This document shows, piece by piece, positions 16,379 through 24,547 of a stretch of DNA of 32,000 bases. Origin of the DNA: Candidatus Saccharimonadota bacterium (GTDB lineage Bacteria > Patescibacteriota > Patescibacteriia > 2-12-FULL-60-25). The notes below the pieces were generated by a model. That model was not told the origin of the DNA and searched no databases. It saw nothing but the letters and a program-made list of their open reading frames with translations. The stretch lies in contig JALHOH010000002.1 of the NCBI GenBank assembly GCA_022843095.1, forward strand, positions 450,001-482,000, in the 5' to 3' direction. The first letter of the stretch is position 1. Every line of letters starts with the position of its first letter. A program made the translations under genes and the position numbers.

Positions 16379-16407
16379 GGAGTACCGCATTTCCTGGATT
16401 TGGTCAA
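16379..16407 (-). promoter_or_regulatory. putative promoter for lipoprotein C
   Basis: Minus strand reads TTGACC, then 17 nt, then TACTCC. The -10 is weak (3/6). It would give a very short leader containing the SD. Confidence 0.25.
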
Positions 16408-16583
16408 CCCCTCCCTTGACAGCTCCCTCGCTTTCTGATGTTCTGACACGTCCGACACAACGGACCCGGCTGCGCACTCGCGCGTGCCCGGACGGTTCGT
16501 TTCTACACAAGAAACAAGGCGAGGCGTCCGGAAGGCGCGCGGGGTGAGCTCGGCCGGTCATCACTGACCCCGAGGAGGCTCTC

Positions 16584-16814
16584 ATGCATACTCGTTTGCA
16601 TCGTAGCGACGATATGAACCCGCAGGCCGCGCACTCCGTGGCTTGCCTTCCGCAACCCACGCTCGAGCTGCTCACGCCGCACGGTTCCATGCCGGACACG
16701 CGCTTGAACACTCTGACCAAGCTCATCTGCGGCTACCAAGGCTGCAGCCACAACGCCCCGCCAATCCCCTTCCGCGCCCCCTCGCGTCTCCGGACGCGCT
16801 GGACGCTGAACTGA
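16584..16814 (+). CDS. hypothetical small protein (76 aa), divergent from lipoprotein C
   Basis: ATG 16584 is preceded by GAGGAGG with a 5-nt spacer. The stop at 16812-16814 is followed 6 nt later by a strong plus-strand terminator. Third codon positions are GC-rich. I recognised no family; there are 3 Cys and no signal peptide. Confidence 0.4.
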   Translation: MHTRLHRSDDMNPQAAHSVACLPQPTLELLTPHGSMPDTRLNTLTKLICGYQGCSHNAPPIPFRAPSRLRTRWTLN

Positions 16815-16820
16815 CGCGCA

Positions 16821-16847
16821 CGCCGACCATCTCTGGTCGGCGTTTTT
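16821..16847 (+). terminator. rho-independent terminator (plus strand)
   Basis: CGCCGACCAtctcTGGTCGGCG followed by TTTTT. Orientation is clear: the T-run is on the plus strand only. It sits 3 nt from the stop of the convergent TrmB-like gene. Confidence 0.7.
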
Positions 16848-16849
16848 CG

Positions 16850-17635
16850 TTATCCGCGTTGTTTTCCCCATCCTGGCGGTGGTTCCCAAGGACGTGCGCC
16901 CGTCCACGCCAATTGAAACAACGCTTTCATGAGCTCCGCGATCTCGACACTTTCGATAACAAGCCCAATGCCAATCGACTTCAGACTCATCGCGTACACA
17001 CGCTTGTCCGTGATCGCCAAATTCCCCGAAAACGGGAACGACTGATACGGAACGACGCGCACATCCACGACCGATGTATCAAAATACCGTGGCTGCAACC
17101 CCGGCTTAATTGCCATGAGTGCGCGCCCCCGCATGCGACTGGTCAACTGAATACGCTCGTCTTCACGCACGGCGGCGAGTTCAAGCATCGGCTCATCCAC
17201 GGCAAAAAACTCCCACAATTCCCCCGGCGTTCCGGCAATTTCCCGTCGAATTTCCCCGATTGCGGCTTCCCCTTCAAAAAACCGCACCTTCGGCTTGTCC
17301 GATGCGTTGTTGTAGATCGCAAGAAGTCTAGGCAACGCAAGTTCGAGTCGTGCTTTTTTTGCATCCACCTTGGACAGCTCGCGCGTGATGATTGAAAGGA
17401 GACGTTGTGGCGTTTCCGCGGCGAATAACGTCTTTTTTCCCTTTTCAAACGTCGTCACAAGCCCATGTCTGGACAGTGCCTCGATCATCACATAGCAGGT
17501 GGTACGATTCACGCCCGATTTTTTACCAATCTCCTGGATGCTCGTCGGCCCAAGCTCAAGCATCGCCATGTACACGTCGATTTCTTTCCCGGATAACCCA
17601 AGCTCCGTCAAACTGGTTTTGATGTCATCGATCAT
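16850..17635 (-). CDS. TrmB-family-like HTH transcriptional regulator
   Basis: The N-terminal winged-HTH pattern is LTELGLSGKEIDVYMAMLELGPTSIQEIGKKSGVNRTTCYVMIEALSRHGLV. It is followed by a ~180-aa C-terminal domain. This is the last gene of the long minus-strand operon. Confidence 0.75.
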   Translation of the reverse strand: MIDDIKTSLTELGLSGKEIDVYMAMLELGPTSIQEIGKKSGVNRTTCYVMIEALSRHGLVTTFEKGKKTLFAAETPQRLLSIITRELSKVDAKKARLELALPRLLAIYNNASDKPKVRFFEGEAAIGEIRREIAGTPGELWEFFAVDEPMLELAAVREDERIQLTSRMRGRALMAIKPGLQPRYFDTSVVDVRVVPYQSFPFSGNLAITDKRVYAMSLKSIGIGLVIESVEIAELMKALFQLAWTGARPWEPPPGWGKQRG

Positions 17636-17641
17636 AAAAAA

Positions 17642-18766
17642 TCACCATTGCGTCAAAAGCGGCAAGGTCTCCCGCGCTGTCCGTTCCCAGGTATACTGCT
17701 TCGCCCACGCGATCCCCGCCTCGCGACGCTCCAGCGCCCCGGCCGGATCATCTACGGCACGCGTGATCTGCTGCACCAGCGAATCGATGTCACGCGGATC
17801 AAACCAAAGAGCATGCGGTTCCCCCACGACCTCCGGGAGGGAGGCGATCCAGGAACAAATGACCTGCGTTCCACAGGCTAATGCCTCCAAAGGCGGGATC
17901 CCAAACCCCTCATACCATGCCGGATGCACAAGCGCTGTCGCACGATTCAAGAGCGCCGCCTTGTCGTCTTCGTTCACATACCCAAGCAGACGAATCTGCG
18001 ATTTGGCCGGCGACGCCGCAATCGCGGCCTCGATCTCCTCGAACCCAACGCCGGTAAGTCCCGCAAGCGCCAAATGCAACGGATCTCCTTCGCCACGTAA
18101 CTGCTTAAACCGCGTAAATGCCTCCACGATCATCTTCACGTTTTTCTTGCGTTCCAACCGACCGACGAACAAGAGGTACGGCTCTGGCAACCGGTACCTG
18201 TCCACGATCGGCGTCGCATCCGCTTTTGCGATGGGGCGATAGCGCGCATGATCGATCCCGTTTGGCGTCACAAAAATCTTGTCCGGATGCGCTCCATAAA
18301 ATTCGATGATCTCGCGCTTCGAAAACTCGGACACGGTCAAAATCCGTGATGCCCGCTTTACGATATCCTTGGTCGCCCAATCGTGATACCAGCGCTGAAT
18401 CGGCTTGTAGAGTTCGGGTAATCGCGCAAACCCGACGTCATGAATCGTCACGACAGAACGTGCTGGGATGGCGCGCGGCAAAACATGCGCCGGCACATAC
18501 AACACATCCGGCGGACTGCGATACATTTCCCAAGACAGGCGCGTCTGCGTCCACAAATATTTCGGCGGCCAAGCAAGTCGCATCTCATGCCAATTCTTCG
18601 GCCCTTTTTCGAGCCCCATCATGAGCGGCTCGTTGGAATACAACAACCACGAATGCGCGTCTGATTCGGCAAACTGCTTGAGTTGCTGAATCACATGCCA
18701 CGCATACCACTCAACCCCCGTCTTTTCACGGCGGTTGGCGCGGGAAGCCTCAATCCCGATAAGCAT
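17642..18766 (-). CDS. glycosyltransferase family 4 (GT-B)
   Basis: N-terminus MLIGIEASRANRREKTGVEWY. The C-terminal region reads HPAWYEGFGIPPLEALACGTQVICS, typical of GT4/GT1-type mannosyl/glucosyltransferases. Confidence 0.85.
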   Translation of the reverse strand: MLIGIEASRANRREKTGVEWYAWHVIQQLKQFAESDAHSWLLYSNEPLMMGLEKGPKNWHEMRLAWPPKYLWTQTRLSWEMYRSPPDVLYVPAHVLPRAIPARSVVTIHDVGFARLPELYKPIQRWYHDWATKDIVKRASRILTVSEFSKREIIEFYGAHPDKIFVTPNGIDHARYRPIAKADATPIVDRYRLPEPYLLFVGRLERKKNVKMIVEAFTRFKQLRGEGDPLHLALAGLTGVGFEEIEAAIAASPAKSQIRLLGYVNEDDKAALLNRATALVHPAWYEGFGIPPLEALACGTQVICSWIASLPEVVGEPHALWFDPRDIDSLVQQITRAVDDPAGALERREAGIAWAKQYTWERTARETLPLLTQW

Positions 18767-18810
18767 CGTCTGTCATGATAGCAGACGCACGGGAACCGCG
18801 GAACGACTGA

Positions 18811-19815
18811 TTAGCTCGAAAACACGCTCCGCTTGTACGCTTCCAGGTTTTCGAGTGCGATCCCCGTCCCCTTGGCAACGCACAGCTGCGCGTTATCCGC
18901 AGTAAATGCCGGAACGCCGGTCGCTTCTGCAAACAACCGGTCGAGGTTACGCAATTGCGATGACCCTCCGGACAACACCATCCCTTTTTGCATGACATCT
19001 GCGGACAATTCCGGCGGAGTTTGACGGAGCACCTCCTTGATCGCTTCCACAATCCCCTGCAATTCATGCTGAATCGCATCGGTCACGTCGTCGCTTGTGA
19101 CGGTGATCGTGCGCGGCAACCCAGAAATCATGTCGCGTCCTTTCACCTCCATCTCGAGCTTGTCCTCCAAATACAACGCCGATCCGATCCGAATCTTCAC
19201 CTCTTCCGCCGTACGCTCACCGACGGCGAGGCTGTATTTTCGGCGGATGTGTTCTTGAATGGCGGCATCCAATTTGTTTCCTCCAATGCGCACGGACGCC
19301 GATGACACGATCCCACCAAGGGAGATCACCGCAATTTCTGAGGTCCCGCCACCGATATCGATGATCATGTGCCCGGCCGGCGAACCAATCGGAATATCCG
19401 CCCCAATCGCCGCCACCACCGGCTCTTTGATGATGTACGCGGTCTTGGCCCCGGCAGAAATCGTTGCGTCAATCACGGCGCGTCGTTCCGTCGAGGTGAT
19501 CCCGCCTGGCACTGCAACCATGACCTCCGGACGAAACAGACGCACGCCGCCTAAGGCTTTGTTGATAAAATAGCGCAGCATCGCCTCGGTGGTGCGATAA
19601 TCCGCGATCACCCCATCCTTCAGCGGACGTTTGGCAATGATGGAATCCGGCGTGCGCCCCACCATCTCTTTTGCTGCATTCCCCACGGCCAGCACCTTTT
19701 TATCCGCGACCGAAATGGCGACGACAGACGGTTCGTTAATGATAATCCCCCGCTTCGGGATGTAGACAAGGACGGTCGTTGTCCCAAGATCAATACCGAT
19801 TTTTTTCCCGAACAT
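18811..19815 (-). CDS. mreB: rod shape-determining actin homolog MreB
   Basis: Start at MFGKKIGIDLGTTTVLVY. Actin-fold phosphate and adenosine motifs are present (IDLGT, VVAVPGGITSTERRAV, IIDIGGGTSEIAV, LSGGSSQLRNL). Confidence 0.95.
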   Translation of the reverse strand: MFGKKIGIDLGTTTVLVYIPKRGIIINEPSVVAISVADKKVLAVGNAAKEMVGRTPDSIIAKRPLKDGVIADYRTTEAMLRYFINKALGGVRLFRPEVMVAVPGGITSTERRAVIDATISAGAKTAYIIKEPVVAAIGADIPIGSPAGHMIIDIGGGTSEIAVISLGGIVSSASVRIGGNKLDAAIQEHIRRKYSLAVGERTAEEVKIRIGSALYLEDKLEMEVKGRDMISGLPRTITVTSDDVTDAIQHELQGIVEAIKEVLRQTPPELSADVMQKGMVLSGGSSQLRNLDRLFAEATGVPAFTADNAQLCVAKGTGIALENLEAYKRSVFSS

Positions 19816-19869
19816 AAGAGAAATAAAAAATAGTCGTCGCACGTTAAGCGTCACGCAAAAACACGCCAC

Positions 19870-22017
19870 CTAAAATCGAATGAGCATTGGGCGGTCCGTT
19901 TGAAGCTCCCCACTCCACTCGTACAGCGCGTCTCCAAAGTCCGAAGGGTCTTCACCTGGTTCGGCGAATGACACCTTCTTATCGAACGCACCGCGCACCG
20001 TCAAACGCGCACGCGCCCCCGGCTGCTTTTGCGCATAGAACCGATACGTCCCCGCACGAATCTGATCACCGATCGCCATGGGCAAGCGATACTGAAAGGT
20101 CATTTGCTTGGTCGTGTTGGGCTCGATCGTCCAAAACGCGCCAAACACCGTCTTTCCAAATTCCCGGTACACCTCCACGCGTTGTTCTGAACCGGCAGAC
20201 GTCACAAGCTCGCTCCCTTCTGGCACGTAGATGCGGACATAATCGCGATACCGTGAAAAACGCCAGTTATCCGCCGTATTCGAACGAACATGCGTGTTGC
20301 GATACACAAGCGTCACCTTCGCGATCGGCGCCCCCGGGCCGGTCGCATCGATCTCGTACCGAATCTCTTTATCCATCGCCCCATCGGTTTTTAGCGCACC
20401 CATGTTCGCGTCCACGACCCACACATAATCCCCGGATGGCGATTGCACACGCCCCGTCCAATGCTTCGCATCCAATTTTTTGAGAAACGCCGGATCGCGA
20501 TCGTAGATCATGATGTCCTTTCGTGCGAGCGAACGCGTCACGACCTCCAATAACTTCGGCCAATCACGCGCAGGCAGAGAAAACAGCCGATCCGTCAGCT
20601 GATCTCCCAACCGCTTCACCAAATCCTTGCGTCGATCCCATGGAATCCCCAATTCATTGAACTCAACCTCTACCGCATACTGAATCTCATCAAAAAAGTT
20701 TTCCGCGTGAAACGTTTTTCCGTCCGTCTCAAGCGGCCCAACTAAGAGCAACAATTCCCGAAATAACCCAGGATTAAACGCGATCACGCCATTAAACTCG
20801 GTTGGCACGGCCCCCGCCTGAAGATGCTGTCGGTTGTATAAATCAAGCAACTTTTCCGCTGTCGTCGGAAAATCCGGAGACCAGTTCCCATCGCGGAAAT
20901 ACCACGCGTCCAACTGCATGTAGCGCTTGATCGGCTCAGGCAACGGCTCGCGCCATCGATTGATCACCAGTCGATCGATGTCATAGACGTCCTGAAAATC
21001 CTTTCGAACCAATTCCCCTTGATCGACAACGATCGTCCCGATATTCCCAATGAATCCACCGGTTGGACGCAATTCATTGGCGTTTTGTAGCAATGCCAAA
21101 TAGGTTTTTCGCTCGGGATACCCAGTTAATGGCAATAACGTATCCGCGAGCGCCACCGTCCCTTCCATGGTCCGTTGGTACTCCTCCAGCGCCTGCGTCA
21201 CCGGGGCGAGAGCGCGTTGAATCGGACCCGCTAAATCCGACTGTGGGATGCGATTCCAGGATTCCAGCGCAATCCGCGCTTTTTCATCCGCCACCTTTAA
21301 GCGCGGGATTTCTCCAGCGATCCGCGCGACAATGGCTCGCTTTTCTTCGCGTGAAAGATCTTTAAAGGCCCGTGTGTCTGAGACGCCCGGGGCTAAATTC
21401 GAAAACCCGACGCCGACGCTCGCGAATGCGGATTGAATTTCACCGGCGGCCTGCAGAATCTCCTCGACACTGCCAAGTGCCGCAATCCCCGCCTCTCCCG
21501 CATCTTCCGCGGCGCGCAAATGCGTCCCGACATAAGGCACATTGCGCCAAAAGAGCGTCGCCTCTACTCCATCACGAATACGTCCCGCTTCCGCTTTTGC
21601 CGTGGCAACGGATTCTTGGATCAACGCCACGTCCCGCGTCTCCGCAGCCGTACGCGCCGCCCGCAGCGCCTGCTCCGCCCGACGCGCTGCGAGCCCCGCC
21701 TGCACCCCGCCGTACACAAGCGGTCCAAGTGCGATCAAGCATCCCAAAAACACCGTGGTCCAAATCCATCCCCACGGTAACCGCACACGTTCCGGCTCAC
21801 CTTCCGGCAGATCTGCTGCGACGGTCTCCGGAAACGTCGGCGTTGGCACCAGAACCGGCGCATCCGGTTCAACAAACGACGGCTCCGGCACCTGTTCTGG
21901 AAGGGACGCAGGGGCAGGCAACTCCGGAACGGCCGGGCACGTTAAAAAATTGGTGGAAAAGTCCGATGCATCCGTGATTCCAGAGGATGGCTCCTCCTGA
22001 TCGTGCATGTCTTGCAT
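19870..22017 (-). CDS. DUF4012 domain-containing membrane protein
   Basis: Start chosen at ATG 22017 (MQDMHDQEE), just after the upstream stop at 22041. It has a Pro/Glu-rich N-terminus, one TM helix (WIWTTVFLGCLIALGPLVYGGV) and a large extracytoplasmic domain. The pattern LLQNANELRPTGGFIGNIG is one I associate from memory with DUF4012. Confidence 0.7.
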   Translation of the reverse strand: MQDMHDQEEPSSGITDASDFSTNFLTCPAVPELPAPASLPEQVPEPSFVEPDAPVLVPTPTFPETVAADLPEGEPERVRLPWGWIWTTVFLGCLIALGPLVYGGVQAGLAARRAEQALRAARTAAETRDVALIQESVATAKAEAGRIRDGVEATLFWRNVPYVGTHLRAAEDAGEAGIAALGSVEEILQAAGEIQSAFASVGVGFSNLAPGVSDTRAFKDLSREEKRAIVARIAGEIPRLKVADEKARIALESWNRIPQSDLAGPIQRALAPVTQALEEYQRTMEGTVALADTLLPLTGYPERKTYLALLQNANELRPTGGFIGNIGTIVVDQGELVRKDFQDVYDIDRLVINRWREPLPEPIKRYMQLDAWYFRDGNWSPDFPTTAEKLLDLYNRQHLQAGAVPTEFNGVIAFNPGLFRELLLLVGPLETDGKTFHAENFFDEIQYAVEVEFNELGIPWDRRKDLVKRLGDQLTDRLFSLPARDWPKLLEVVTRSLARKDIMIYDRDPAFLKKLDAKHWTGRVQSPSGDYVWVVDANMGALKTDGAMDKEIRYEIDATGPGAPIAKVTLVYRNTHVRSNTADNWRFSRYRDYVRIYVPEGSELVTSAGSEQRVEVYREFGKTVFGAFWTIEPNTTKQMTFQYRLPMAIGDQIRAGTYRFYAQKQPGARARLTVRGAFDKKVSFAEPGEDPSDFGDALYEWSGELQTDRPMLIRF

Positions 22018-22040
22018 GGCTCTATCATACGTCCTTTCCG

Positions 22041-23042
22041 CTAGACCATCCAACGACGCATAGCAGCCGGAGGGATCGTACGTTCCGCGGCAAGCGCGCG
22101 ACGCGCACGCCAAACTTGTGGAATGTATGCGCACATCTGAAGAATGCGCAGATAACTCACCGGATCAAAAAGGTATCCGACCCATCGCTTCATGAAGACA
22201 AAGAGGATCCATGGCGCATGCGCAAGTCGATTTGCGAGCGCATCGTGTTTGATACTCAGGAGGCCGGTTCGCCGCTGAATACGTGCCGCACGTGACTCTT
22301 CGGACCAAAATCGCCGCCACCAGGCGCTCGGGTACACCGATTCATGTCCGTGGTGCCACGCGATCGCCTCTTCCACGATCCGAATACCACCTCCGCGAGC
22401 ACGTAGACGCCATACAACATCGACGATGCTTTGTGCCTCCCCAAGCGGTTCATCCAGCAATGATCCCGGCGTTCCCAACGCAAACAACGCGGATGCACGA
22501 AAAACGGCGCAGGCTTCAGAGGGCGAAAAGACGCGTGCGGGATCTGCCACGGTATTTTTTTGCAGTTCGCGTCCGCGTGTCATCACATATCCAATCCGAT
22601 CGATCTGCTCGTCGCGCTCCACCTCTCGAAACTCAATATCTTCGGCCAACGAAAAACGCGCCCGTCGAAGCACCGGAACGCCGACCATCATCGTTGGATC
22701 GGCATCAAACGCCGCACAGATTGCTTCCACAAACCGAGTATCAAACACCACGTCCGGATGCGCGATCACAATCAGATGCGATGCAAGCGCCTCTTTCGAA
22801 AGACGCGCGGCCGAAAACGCAAGCGCAGCATTGTGGGCACGCACAAACGATGGCTGGTGAAATTGCCGAAGCGTCATGACATCATGCAGCACCCCTAACC
22901 GATCCGGAACATGGGCGTCCCCCACAACCAACGTCTGAACCTCACGGACGGTCTGCGCATCTAGGGATGACAAAAAATCAGGCAGATAAGCTCGTGCCTG
23001 CCACGCCGCTACGTGGACGATGACGCGGGTCGCCTCCTTCAT
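22041..23042 (-). CDS. glycosyltransferase family 2-like
   Basis: The N-terminal GT-A pattern is VIVHVAAWQARAYLPDFLSSLDAQT ... LVVGD ... VIAHPDVVFD. The start overlaps the upstream stop by 4 nt (ATGA). Confidence 0.65.
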   Translation of the reverse strand: MKEATRVIVHVAAWQARAYLPDFLSSLDAQTVREVQTLVVGDAHVPDRLGVLHDVMTLRQFHQPSFVRAHNAALAFSAARLSKEALASHLIVIAHPDVVFDTRFVEAICAAFDADPTMMVGVPVLRRARFSLAEDIEFREVERDEQIDRIGYVMTRGRELQKNTVADPARVFSPSEACAVFRASALFALGTPGSLLDEPLGEAQSIVDVVWRLRARGGGIRIVEEAIAWHHGHESVYPSAWWRRFWSEESRAARIQRRTGLLSIKHDALANRLAHAPWILFVFMKRWVGYLFDPVSYLRILQMCAYIPQVWRARRALAAERTIPPAAMRRWMV

Positions 23043-24538
23043 GGCTTGGATAGTGTAGGCGAATTGGAACGCTTTGGGGAGACGTTAAACCCAAGCGGTC
23101 GCCCAAACATCAACCGCGTCTGCGCATCGATCGCGGGAAGTGCGCCAAAAATGATGAACGTGACCGGCAAAAGCATCCACTGCGCGATCGCATACAAATA
23201 CGCATGATGGCGTTTCAGATGTGCCGGCGGCGGAGGCAGGAGCGTCATCGAGAGACCCGCAGACACGAACAACCCGATCATCGCAAGACGCATCAACCAC
23301 TGCAGCGTGAACGGGGTATTCTGAAACAATGCATAACTCCGATACGGCTCCGGTGCGACCCAAAACGGCAAATATCCCAAGACAAAAATGAGAAACGGCG
23401 CCGTTGCCCACGTGTACATCCCCTCCAATTGTTTAAACAACCAGATCAATTTTATCCGCCATGGCATCTTGCGATCCGCAAAAAACGCCTCGGCCATGTA
23501 CGGAAAGTTTTCTGCCCCCCACGCCCAACGCCGCAACTGCTTGTACAATGCGACCAACGCCTTCCCATAGTGCCCCGTCATCACCGTATCCATGGATACG
23601 GGCAAGTGAATCGGCGTAACCCGATACCGTCCGTGATACGCAATCAACCCCTGCAAAAAAATCCGTGAATCCTCTGAGACAATATCCTTTTCCCAATACC
23701 CGACGTCCATCAACATGCGCAAACTCATGGAATGTGAACTAAACGTCATCATCCCCTCCGGACGTGCGAGCTCAGTCATGAGCCAAAACGTCGTTCCAAA
23801 CATCGCGACGCGCACCGCCGCCGGCGATTCCCACAAATTGTTGTTATAGAGCGCAACCGGCTGATACGAGCTTCGCGTTGGCTCAGGAACGGTGGCGTAC
23901 AAATACGTTAAACACGAAAAATACTGCGGATGAACGATCGTATCCACATCAAACGAAGACACGATCACATCATCCGGATTGATCCCGGTTGCAAGCAATT
24001 GTGGAACCACCTGACGGGCAGCATACTGCAAATTCGACCCTTTCCCCGGGATTTCATCCGGTAATCCCTTCGGGTGAACGGTTGCATAAAACCCCGCAAA
24101 CTGCGGGCCGTACATGGGCTCAAGGGCGGCCAATGTTTTTCGAAAATTTTCGGCGTCACGCTCTTCCCCGGCGAGCACCACATACAACCGATCCGGCGGC
24201 GTCGAACAACGCGTCAGATGTCGCAACGTTTCTTCAACGACTTCGCGCGATTCTTTGTAGGTCGGCAAGAAAATCAAATGACGAAGCGCCGGATAGCGTT
24301 CGGTGGATTCCGCTTTCTTTTGCCAATCCGTTTTGAGTGCGACGCGATAGCGCCACCAAGACGTCAGCAAAAACGGAAGGAAATAACAGATCCGAAGCAA
24401 CCAGTACAAATCAAACAGGATGATGAAATACACCATCCACATGGGCTGTACAAAAGACAGGACGACGGAGGCGATGAGCGTCGTCCAGGTCAATATTCCA
24501 GGGATGATCTCGTAGATCCGTTTATAGCGACGATACAT
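23039..24538 (-). CDS. membrane-embedded processive glycosyltransferase family 2 (cellulose-synthase-like)
   Basis: N-terminal and C-terminal TM helices flank a GT-A domain (IFLPTYKESREVVEETL, SSFDVDT). The Q-x-x-R-W signature of processive GT2 enzymes is present (KQLRRWAWG). Confidence 0.8.
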   Translation of the reverse strand: MYRRYKRIYEIIPGILTWTTLIASVVLSFVQPMWMVYFIILFDLYWLLRICYFLPFLLTSWWRYRVALKTDWQKKAESTERYPALRHLIFLPTYKESREVVEETLRHLTRCSTPPDRLYVVLAGEERDAENFRKTLAALEPMYGPQFAGFYATVHPKGLPDEIPGKGSNLQYAARQVVPQLLATGINPDDVIVSSFDVDTIVHPQYFSCLTYLYATVPEPTRSSYQPVALYNNNLWESPAAVRVAMFGTTFWLMTELARPEGMMTFSSHSMSLRMLMDVGYWEKDIVSEDSRIFLQGLIAYHGRYRVTPIHLPVSMDTVMTGHYGKALVALYKQLRRWAWGAENFPYMAEAFFADRKMPWRIKLIWLFKQLEGMYTWATAPFLIFVLGYLPFWVAPEPYRSYALFQNTPFTLQWLMRLAMIGLFVSAGLSMTLLPPPPAHLKRHHAYLYAIAQWMLLPVTFIIFGALPAIDAQTRLMFGRPLGFNVSPKRSNSPTLSKP

Positions 24539-24547
24539 ACGCGCATC

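Noticed and set aside
14045-16547. Plus-strand ORFs of 430, 409 and 386 aa, and off-frame minus-strand ORFs such as 12780-13754
   Set aside because: All overlap lipoproteins A-C. Their translations are Arg/Pro/Ser/Thr-rich with no motifs, and they lack an SD or a sensible start context. They are explained by the high GC content removing stop codons.
12167-16870. Shared 8-mer GTTGTTTT near both island borders (12167-12180 and 16857-16870), considered as att-like direct repeats
   Set aside because: It is too short and T-rich, and partly belongs to terminator tails. No integrase or tRNA lies nearby, so chance occurrence is likely.
16370-17395. ORFs 16370-16726 (-), 16503-16907 (-) and 16643-17395 (+) in or around the large intergenic gap
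   Set aside because: They have no SD or sensible start context, and their compositions are Arg/Ser/Cys- or Pro/Arg-rich and odd. The last two overlap the well-supported TrmB-like gene or cross the plus-strand terminator.
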